Of a DNA stretch of 64,000 nucleotides, positions 54,273-64,000 are shown in pieces. Location of the stretch: positions 116,123,740 through 116,187,739 of the forward strand of contig NC_083401.1 of NCBI RefSeq assembly GCF_020745735.1, given 5' to 3'. The notes under the pieces were generated by a model. That model had not been told where the DNA came from. It was given only the letters and a program-made list of their open reading frames with translations, and made no database searches. This stretch comes from Hemiscyllium ocellatum (taxonomy: Eukaryota). The translations under genes and the position numbers were made by a program. Within the stretch, counting starts at the first letter, position 1; each line of letters opens with the position of its first letter.

Positions 54273-55639
54273 AATGTTATAATAGACTTGGTATTATGTC
54301 ATGTGAAGGGTTAATGAATGACCTCGGAATTAAGGTACTTCAAGTTAGCAGCAAACACAATATGATTGCAATCAAAAGAGAAAATGCTGGAAAATCTCAA
54401 CAGGTCTAGCAGCATCTGTAAGGAGAGAAAAGAGCTGATGTTTCGAGTCTAACTGACCCTTTGTCAAAGCTTGATTGAATTTTGTATCAGGCTTGAAAAG
54501 GAAGAGGATTGGGAGTTGACTAGGGGCCCTAGAAATGAACTGTGATCAGAGAAGTGAGCTGTCATGCCTCACACTTCAAAACAATCAGCAACATTCTGGA
54601 CGTTCTTAAGGCACAGAGTCAGAGACTTACCTAAAGCGTGATGTGACATACTACATGGTGAAACAGAAATGATGAGTGATGAATCTAGCCCATCTCCATA
54701 GAAACCAAAAATGTGCATCTTCCAGGTGGAATAGGAAAATGAATTTCTGGTCACAGTTGTAAAAGATTTATTTGCCTTGTATGTCACCACAGTATATTGA
54801 TAAGTAAAAAAGAGAATTTGAAATTATACCGTGGAGCAATGCAATTAAATTCAAGGATTGATTTTCTTTGAACAGAGTATTTTCGATATAGAACACTGAC
54901 AAGTTGCAGACAATTTTCAATAGTTTTATTTTCTAAATGAGCAGCAAAAGTTAAGGCCTGAAGCATCATTTTGTATTTGCCATTTTATGACAAACATTCA
55001 CAAATGACAAAGCCAATAAAGAAACATGACTGTAGCCTCTGATTCTATTCAAAAGCTTCAAAAACAAATAATAAATAATATTGCAATACAGAGCACCAAC
55101 CACTTACTACTTCCACAGTAACAGGATGAATGGAATCTTTACCTGAAGATGTATTTTACGAACTACAGCAGGGCATTGAGAACTGAAAATACATCTCATT
55201 GTAGTTTGATGACTCCATCAACATGATGGATACAGCACAGCTGAATCGTTTTTGTGCACATAGTTTTTAAGGACATAATAACTAAAGAAGATCCTTTCAA
55301 ACCTTTGACTCTAAAAATAGAACAAGGGGTGAGAATATCGAAAACCAATTCAAAAGGTACATGCTTGCGAAAAGCGATCCATCAAGAAACTGGTTTCCAT
55401 CACAACTGATGGAATATTTGACATAAATGCGGACTTTTCTTATATAATGAAAAAAGATTGAAAACTTGACTCGAGTAAAAACCCTTCAGCATTGCATCTT
55501 TAAGTTCTTACTTGACAAATTTGATGTCTGTAGTGAAATTATCCTCCATAATGAGGTGAAATGGTTAATTTGAGGGCAGATGCTGCAAAGATTTTCCTTA
55601 GAACAAGGAATGAAGGGTGGCATGGTGGCTCAGTGGTAA

Positions 55640-56910
55640 GGTTTATAAAGGGGCATGGATAGGGTAAATAGACAAAGTCTTTTCCCTGAGGGAGAGGGGG
55701 AGTCCAGAACTAGAGTTCATAGGTTTAGGGTGAGAAGGGGAAGATATAAAAGAGACCTAAGGGGCAACATTTTCACGCAGAAGATGGTGCATGTGTGGAA
55801 TGGACTGCCAGAGGAAGTAGTGGAGGACAGTACAATTGCAACATTTAAAAGGCATCTGGATGGATGTTTGAATAAGAACGGTTTGGAAGGATATGGGCCG
55901 GGTGCTGGCAGGATTGGGTTGGGATATCTAGTCGGCATGGATGAGTTGGAACGAAGGGACTGTTTCTGTGCTGTACATCTCTATGACTATGGTCTCACTG
56001 ACTGGTGGAAGACATTCCAGGGACCAAATGGTCTACATTTGCTTCTGTTTAATCTGTTTGAATGAAGAAAGTGTCTTATTATAAAATCATTTGAATAAAA
56101 ATGACAACAGATAGATTCAGCTTTATTCAAGGATTCTTCCTTTAGAATTTGGAAATCAAGAGCATTGAGTATATGAGTTGGGACATCTTGTTGCAACTGT
56201 ACGGGACATTGGTTTGGTCATTTTTGGAATACAGCATGCAATTCTGGTCTCCTTCATGTTGGAAGGATGTTGTGAAACTTGATCAGATGTTGCCAGGGTT
56301 GGAGGATTGAGCTACACGGAGAGACTGAATAGGCTGGGGCTGTTTTCCCTGGAGCATTGGAGGATGGGGAGTGATCTTATAGGGGTTTGTAAAATAATGA
56401 AGGGCATGGATAGGATAAATAGACAACGTCTTTTCCCTGGGATGGGGAGTCCAGAACTAGAGGGCATAGGTTTAGGGTGAGAGGGAAAAGATTTAAAAGG
56501 GACCCAACAGAGGATGGTACCTGTATGAAATGAGCTGCCAGAGGAAGTGATGGAGGCTGGTAGAATGACACCATTTAAAAGGCATCTGGCAAATGGAACT
56601 TGATTAGGTTAGGATATTTTCTTGGAGAAAGTGAGAACTGCAGATGCTGGAGATCAGAGCTGAAAATGTGTTGCTGGAAAAGCGCATCATGTCAGGCAGC
56701 ATCCAAGGAGCAGGAGAATCGACGTGTCCGGCATGAGCCTTCCTGAAGAAGGGCTCATGCCTGATACGTCGATTCTCCTGCTCCTTGGATGCTGCCTGAC
56801 CTGCTGCGCTCTTCCAACAACACGTTTTCAGCTGGGTTAGGATATTTAGTCGGTATGGACGAGTTGGACCAAAGGGTTTGTTCCCGTGCTCTACAGTTCC
56901 ACGACTCTGA
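55640..56910 (+). mobile_element. Two tandem CR1 3' fragments (~55640-55990 and ~56160-56910)
   Basis: ESRTRVHRFRVR...WNGLPEEVVE; HER1-like tails. Confidence 0.85.
56620..56834 (-). mobile_element. Short fold-back hammerhead-derived element (family A), 13-bp TSD, inserted in a CR1 tail
   Basis: TSD GGTTAGGATATTT at 56607-56619 and 56835-56847; degenerate core CTGAAGA a GGGC-tcat-GCCT GATAC GTC. Confidence 0.82.
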
Positions 56911-57019
56911 TCAGTTTTCAACTCACACCTAATTCAATATATGCATTGTGGTGATTCCTTGAAGTCTTTGGAGATAGCAGACAGTTTGTATCACCTTCAC
57001 ATAGTGAAGTAAATCAAAT

Positions 57020-57720
57020 GTCAGCATCTTACCCGCGTCAGATTTGGATTGCTCAATGTTGCCCTGATGTTCATTGCAGTGTGTTGGAGGTTGTTCGAGC
57101 TTTGGGAGTTGAGTACAGGAGCTCTCTCCGATCTGAAGCCCGAGGCGCTGCTGAGACAGACATTTCCGGAGTGGAAGCGGCTGTGCAATCTACCGAGAGG
57201 CTGCCTGCAGCGGCAGAGAGCAAGGTTCAGTGACTGCGGGTGAAATTTGTACATTGGTCCCGACAGAGCTAGATTTCGGACAGTGTATAGGGTAGGAGTT
57301 GAATTGTCTCAGCCGGTGTCAGGAAGTGAATTGTCGTGTATTTTGGGATGGAAGTATCCCTTAATCGAGAAAGGCCGTGAGGTTCATTCTCCCAGCCGGG
57401 CTTGTGTGTGAACGCGCCCAGAACGGGTTAAGAGATTACTCTATCACCGAGGTTTCAGTCTGGGCCTGTAAACTGGATGGGCGATTGGCTGCAGTGGGTC
57501 AGAATGGGTCAGTTTTGTCTCGGCAGAGTGCTCAACACGGGGTCATTGCAAACTGCGGGCTTACTGACAGCCTGATGGAGCTCAGAGTGGACAGTGTGAG
57601 CTAATTTCTCAGTTCCAGCGTTACAGAAAATCGTTTGCAACTCTGACAACTTCTTTCCACGAGAAATAAGTGAATGAAGTTTCTGTCCCGAACACCGAAG
57701 TAGCCCGAAATGACGACAAT
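57020..57720. promoter_or_regulatory. Second CpG-enriched block, candidate SEPSECS promoter / non-coding first exon
   Basis: Many CpGs, ETS-like TTCCGG/GGAAG motifs (~57164-57180, ~57321), no resemblance to the repeats elsewhere in the window; lies upstream of a SEPSECS ATG exon that begins with a splice acceptor. Confidence 0.5.
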
Positions 57721-59619
57721 TTACATTTAGATGTTGCTTTGAACATCAGAAAACAATAATAATAAGAACTTTAAAATTGAGGTGTTGCTTCAATTATGTG
57801 ATTAACGAGAGCATGGGTGATAAATGAATTAGATTTTGTGTTAGGTTGGACACAGACGAGTTTCAGATGACCTCAGGTAGAATATGAGTGACTAAGCTAA
57901 AATGTGTTGGAATAGTAAAACGTAGATGTAATAGAGCCATACCAAGTGCTTTGGTGACAGAGGAGCTGACATTGGGCAAAATCAGGCAACTTTATAGAGG
58001 TGGCAATAGATGGCTTTGGTGATGACACAGTTATCTGATTGGAAACACATTTTGTCTGAAATAAGACACCAGAGTTGCAAACAGTTGTCAGCAAGAATAG
58101 TGGAGTCAGTATGTAAGGATCGGAGTTTTTGGTGAATTCCCAAGATAATAACTCTTGCCTTTCTAATATTGGAGCAAATTCTGCTCTTTCAGTGCTGGTG
58201 TTGCTTAAATAATTTTGTAAGTTAGCAAAAGTGAAGGAGGCAAGAGGAGATGGTGAGGTATGGTAGTGGTGGTCAGTCCACATCTGAAAACTAATGCTGT
58301 TTATTTGGATTTCGTTGCCAACATGGAGCATGTAGATTAGAAATTAGTAGGATGGATCATTTGGGAGTGGAGGTGAATCATACCAGAGCTAACGGTGAAG
58401 GAGCAGCAAGGAATTCCCTTCTAACTGATACACTCTTACTTAGCAAGATGAGAATTTATCTAGATGACTTCAGTCTTAACTAGCTGTATTAAAGTGCAGA
58501 TAGAGAAGGGACTATCGATGACCAACCAGTCAAAGACTGCAGACGGGTCAAAGGGATGAGGAGTGACAGTTTACCTTTGTCACAGTCACATAGGATCGAT
58601 TTCCAATGATGTACTAACTTCAGACTACAAAATATAGCACTGTTCCTTGGTGTTGTTGGGTCAAAGTCCTGGAATTCCTTCCCAAATGGCATTGCGGGTC
58701 AATTTATTATCCGTGGAGTCATACCAGGCACACCATAAGATGGTTGTGGTGCTGGAGGTCAGTTATCTCAGATCCAGACATCACTGCCAGAGTTCCTAAG
58801 GATAGTGTCCTAAGCCCAACCATCTTCAGCTGCTTCATAAATAACTTTCCTTCCAACATAGAGTCAGAAATGGAAATAGTTGCGGATGATTGCATGACAT
58901 TCAGCATCAATCTGATCTCATCCCTCCGTTTGGCTCTGTTTTTGTAACATTCAGTCTTGAACAATCTGTATTTTTCTCTATTTGAACAATTGCAAAGACT
59001 GACGCTATTGTCTTCGGCTTCTGAAGCAGTCACTGCATCTTTGCCATTGACTTGATTGTTCACTGTAACCACCTGATCAGATTGAATCTGACTGTTTGGA
59101 TCCACTGTTACTATTTGATCCTAAAAGGAATTTTCAACCCTATGTATGTTCAGGTTTTGTAACATAGCCCATTTTGTCTTTGAAACCCCAATTTACACTT
59201 GGTCACCTTTCAGATTCGCAAATATTCCACTGACATTGCAGTTGACCTCATATTATACACCCTTCATAAACTTCAGTTAAGTATGCCTCAACACCTATCA
59301 TTCCCTGTGTTTAGTCTTAAAATATCAGAAAACCTAACTTTGGCCCACACCTGCTCCCTTGAAATAGAATCCTAATGATTGGAATTCTGCTTATCAAGGC
59401 AGGTTCACTGAGTTGGAAAATGTCTAAACTCGAGTTACAAATAGCCAAAGTCCAGTCCTTAACGTCTGTCAGTAGAATGTGAAACAAAGCCAGAAATAAT
59501 CTGTATCAACAAAAGAGTTAGATAATAATGAGCAAAATAAGTTGAAGTCAGTATTTGATGAGTGAACAGAATTTGCAAGCAATGACTTAATGCATCTAGA
59601 ATCATTTTGAAATTGTTTA

Positions 59620-60950
59620 AAACATGTATTTGGAAAGGCAAGGACTGATTAGGGATAGTCAACATGACATTATGCGTGGAAAATCATGTCTCACAAATTT
59701 GACTGAGTTTTTTGAAGAAGTAACAAAGAGGATTGATGAGGGCAGGGCAGTAGATGTGATCTAAATGGACTTCAGTAAGGTGTTCGACAAGGTTCCCCAT
59801 GGGAGACTGATGAGCAAGGTTAGATCTCATTGAATACAGGGAGAACTAGCCATTTGGATACAGAACTGGCTCAAAGGTAGAAGACAGAGAGTGGTGGTGG
59901 AGGGTTGTTTTTCAGACTGGAGACCTGTAACCAGTGGAGTGCCACAAGGATCCGGTGCTGGGGTCTCTACTTGTCATCATTTATATAAATGATTTGGATG
60001 CGAGCATAAGAGGTACAGCTAGTAAGTTTGCAAATGACACCAAAATTGGAGTTGTAGTGGACAGCGAAGAGGGTTACCTCAGATTACAACAGAATCTGGA
60101 CCAGATCGGCCAAAGGCTGAGAAGTGGCAGATGGAGTTTAATTCAGATAAATGCGAGGTGCTGCATTTTGAGAAAGCGAATCTTAGCAGGACTTATACAC
60201 TTAATGGTAAGGTCCTAGGGAGTGTTGCTGAACAAAGAGACCTTGGAGTGCAGGTTCATAGCTCCTTGAAAGTGGAGTCGCAGGTAGATAGGATAGTGAA
60301 GAAGGCGTTTGATATGCTTTCCTTTATTGGTCAGAGTATTGAGTACAGGAGTTGGGAGGTCATGTTGCGGCTGTACAGGACATTGGTTAGGCCACTGTTG
60401 GAATATCCTGTGCAATTCTGATCTCCTTCCTATTGTAAAGATGTGAAATTTGAAAGGGTTCAGAAAAGATTTACAAGGATGTTGCCAGGGTTGGAGGATC
60501 TGAGCTATAGGGAGAGGCTGAACAGGCTGGGGCTGTTTTCCCTGAAGCGTCGGAGGCTGAAGGGTGACCTTACAGAGGTTTACAAAATTATGAGGAGCAT
60601 AGATAGGATAAATAGACAAAGTCTTTTCCCTGGGGTCGGGGAGTCTAGAACTAGAGGGCATAGGTTTAGAGTGAGAGGTAAAAGATATAAAAGAGATGTC
60701 AGGGGCAACTCTTTCACACAGAGGGTGGTATGTATATGGAATGAGTTGCCAGAGGATGTGGCGGAGTCTGGTACAATTGCAACATTTAAGAGGCATTTGG
60801 ATGGGTATATGAATAGGAAGGGTTTGGAGGGATATGGGCCGGGTTCTGGCAAGTGGGACTAGATTGGGTTGGGATATCTGGTTGGCATGGACGGGTTGGA
60901 TCGAAGGGTTTGTTTCGATGCTGTAGATCTCTATGATTCTATGACTCTAT
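59620..60950 (+). mobile_element. CR1-clade LINE (HER1-like), 5'-truncated
   Basis: RT domain remnants (FANDTK, ERVQKRFTRM) and tail ctctatgattctatgactctat. Confidence 0.92.
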
Positions 60951-61704
60951 TGCTTTTTAATTAGAAATGCAGAAAGTGAATTAATTTTTATTAAGTGTTC
61001 ATAAAGTCACCATAATTAATGGGGAGTGAAAACAGCTCCAGGGAGAAATAAAATTATGTTGTAAGGGAACATTGTTTGTGTTGGGGCAGAAATTTGCAGT
61101 TATCACCTAAAGGCCCTTTAAACATCCTGCATCATCTTCCCCACACATCAAATTCTATTCCAAGACCCTCACCTTCAATCGCACACCTCTCGTTACGCCA
61201 CACACCTTCAGGTACCCTTTGCTGCTATATGATTCCTTAGATTTCCCATGTTATTTATTTTCCTCCTTTGCCACTCACTCAGTATGCACCAGCCATAGTC
61301 CTCAGGAGCCATATTGTAGCAATGTAAATTATTTTAAAATCATTGGAAAAAAATTAAGCTCCAACATTTAATAAACCCATGAATTCAAACACGCCATCTT
61401 GATATTGTGGTGGTCTGTGAGTAGAAGGAGGTAACTCATCAAGACTGATAAATGCATTAAGCACTGTTTTCACGGTAACATCATGAATATGAATGTTAAA
61501 TGAAAATTAAGCATATTTGAACAAAAGAATATCTGAAAAATCACACAAATAGTATTTGTGAGTCACTGATTACAATATGTAATGTTTTGATGATTAATTC
61601 TCTATGTGCAACTACAGGTTGATGTATAATGTGAAATCTGCAAGTTTCAGTTGTAGCATTGTCACACGAAATTTTGACTCATCTTTGTCTCACCAACAGT
61701 TGCA

Positions 61705-61818
61705 ATGAATCCTGAAAACTTCTCTTTAAGTGAACAGATTGTCTCTCCTTCCTACATTCGGCAAGGTTCACAGGCTCGTCGCACACATGAGCACTTAATT
61801 CGACTTCTAATAGAAAAG
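61705..61818 (+). CDS. SEPSECS: O-phosphoseryl-tRNA(Sec) selenium transferase, first coding exon
   Basis: [38 protein letters not shown], 114 bp, AAG|GTAATG donor; matches the known SepSecS N-terminus ([26 protein letters not shown]). Confidence 0.93.
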
Positions 61819-62229
61819 GTAATGAAAACAAGTTAGGGTAACAATTAGCAAAACTATTCATTGTGTAATTTATTTTATAGAAACATGTGAATCAAATTTT
61901 ATTTTTAAATAACAACAAAAATGTTTGTTCCTAAAAGCTACACTCTGAATTTATCAATTCCTCTATTCTCTTCTTTCTCCCACTCTCTGTCTCTAACCAT
62001 TGGCTTAATTGCTTAGACTTTTCTTGATCAATAATTCTTCAGTTAACTAGTTAATTCCTACAAAAGGCTTTTGAAGAGAATGCTCACCAAAACATTGTGC
62101 TTATTGCATATGTTGTTGTCAATAACTTAAGAAACGTGCAACATTTAATTTTCATCTCCTTTCCTTAGAATATTTCACAGCTTTATACAGGCAAAGACAT
62201 CCCAAGATTAGGGATGAAAAGACTGGCAA

Positions 62230-62785
62230 CTTATTTAGCACCTTTCACAATTATTGAACAACTTAAGCTGATTCATAATGCTTGAAGTACTTAAATGCAG
62301 TTCCTATTGCAATGTAGGGAGGAATTGTGGCAGCCAGTTCCTGCATAGCAAGTTTGCACAAATAGTTATGTGTTAATGACCAGATAATCTTTGACTGAAA
62401 TAAATATTGGCCTGGACACTGAGGATAACTCCCCAGTTTTCCTTAAAATAGTTTCATGGAACTTGTTGCATTATCAAGCAAGTAACCAGGCATCAGTTTC
62501 ATAGCTCATTTGAAAGATTACACATCCATCAGTGCAGCACTCCCTCGGTTGGTGTCTTGGACTGCAGTCATGGAAAAAGGCAGCTCACCACCACCTTCTC
62601 CATGGTGATTCAGAATGGGTAATAAATGCTTGTCCTTCCAGTGACATCCACATCTGTGAAAGAATTTTTTGTTAAAGTATTACAGGGCAGTATCATCCTT
62701 GATTGCTGTGCTTGGTAGTACAAGTATTGGACATGAACCTGAAACCTTGCCTGACTCAGGCAAGAGTGCTACTGTCTGATCTGTG
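62230..62785 (-). mobile_element. DeuSINE (SacSINE1-like), interrupted by a LINE 3' tail at ~62550-62670
   Basis: aatgaccagataatct...aaatattggcctggacact...cagtgcagcactccctc blocks recalled from Deu-domain SINEs; recognition from memory only. Confidence 0.55.
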
Positions 62786-63553
62786 GTTGACACTGCAGCT
62801 GTTATTTAATTGTTTGGAATGCTGTCGAGCACTTAGTTGGCACTATATTTGCCTGGTTTCAAAGCTACCTTTACTGTTGATCAGATGTGATCTCCAGAGG
62901 GCTTATAATAGGAAAGTGAGGAAGTTAAGCCTTGGTTTGTTATTAGTTTACCAGAGCCTTGGTCAAATCCATCTAACATACCTGTATTCAGTTTTGAGCA
63001 CCACACCTCTGGAAACATATTTGGCTATGGTAGTGCGTATTCACCAACCAGGATAATAATACCAGGTCAAAAGGATTGAACCTTGAGGACTGGTTTTATA
63101 AACTTGCCATTTTTACCCATGAATATCAATAGTTGAGGGATTTTAACCTTTTTTCCTGGGACATGAGTGTGGCAGGCTGGGAAGCAGTTATAGTCAACCC
63201 TTATTGCTTTGAACTGAATGGCTGGATAGGCCATTTCAGAAGGCAGTTAAGAGTTGATCACATTGCCATGGGTCTGGGGTCACATTGCAAGACCAGAAAA
63301 AGACAGCAGGTTACTTTCCCTAAAGGGCACTAAATTGAAGAGAACCAATTATGTAAACAAGCTTTAAAGTATTGACTTGATGAGGTAATGCAGGGAAACT
63401 GTTGCCTATGCTGAGAAATCAGGAATAACAGGGAATAATCTTAGCTTTAGTACCAGGTAACATCAGTATAAAAACTAAATTCAGATAGTAAACTGGAATA
63501 ATGCTTAGTGTGAAAGTATACATCCTGTTATTTCTGTTCTATCATTTTCTTAG

Positions 63554-63708
63554 GGTAAATGCCCAGAAGATGGATGGGATGACAGTACTATTGAGCTTTT
63601 CCTACATGAACTGGCTATTATGGACAGCAATAACTTCATCGGTAATTGTGGAGTTGGCGAGAGGGAAGGAAGAGTGGCCTCAAACCTAGTTGCTAGAAGA
63701 CACTATAG
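63554..63708 (+). CDS. SEPSECS: SEPSECS second coding exon
   Basis: [51 protein letters not shown](R); 155 bp, ttttcttag acceptor, AG|GTATAG donor; window ends in tatttacag|g, the probable next acceptor. Confidence 0.96.
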
Positions 63709-64000
63709 GTATAGTTTACATTTTTTTTCTTAGTTTTGTTGAGTACATTATTTTATTAACTCAGTTTTCCAAAGTAAAAGTGGTGAAATATAGCCTTACA
63801 GGTCACTGAGTTTATGACGTTATATTTGCACAGATATTGTCATGTTAAGGCAGTTGAGAGCCAGATGATCACATCCAAGTGCACATTGACTCTGCAAACC
63901 CCACATTCATGCTCCATTCAGTTCTGCTAAAATAAATAATCAACTGAATCAGAAGTTACTCTTTAATAATTACCCTGTAATTGGTCACGTTATTTACAGG

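Noticed and set aside
60215-60796. 193-aa minus-strand ORF and similar antisense ORFs over CR1/SINE copies
   Set aside because: Shadow frames of LINE/SINE sequence, recurring wherever the repeat occurs

Overview
Eukaryotic, repeat-rich vertebrate DNA, almost certainly a shark (HE1-type V-SINEs, HER1/CR1 LINEs, DeuSINE, Penelope-like elements). Three spliced protein-coding genes can be rebuilt by hand; the ORF track misses most exons. (1) + strand 6816-12839: a complete 6-exon, 316-aa type II transmembrane trypsin-like serine protease of matriptase-subfamily type, whose stem is reduced to a 22-codon half-LDLa remnant. (2) - strand 52361-17907: complete 9-exon PI4K2B (494 aa) with a GC-AG intron 2 and a CpG-island first exon. 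(3) + strand from 61705: the first two coding exons of SEPSECS, divergent from PI4K2B, with exon 3 apparently starting at base 64000. The rest is mostly mobile-element debris. The most notable repeats are two Penelope-like element remnants and several ~100-230 bp, mostly fold-back elements with 12-14 bp target-site duplications that carry minimal hammerhead-ribozyme cores (CUGAUGA...GAAA...UH), three with intact cores. All coordinates were read by eye; exon boundaries were checked for phase and length, repeat boundaries are approximate.
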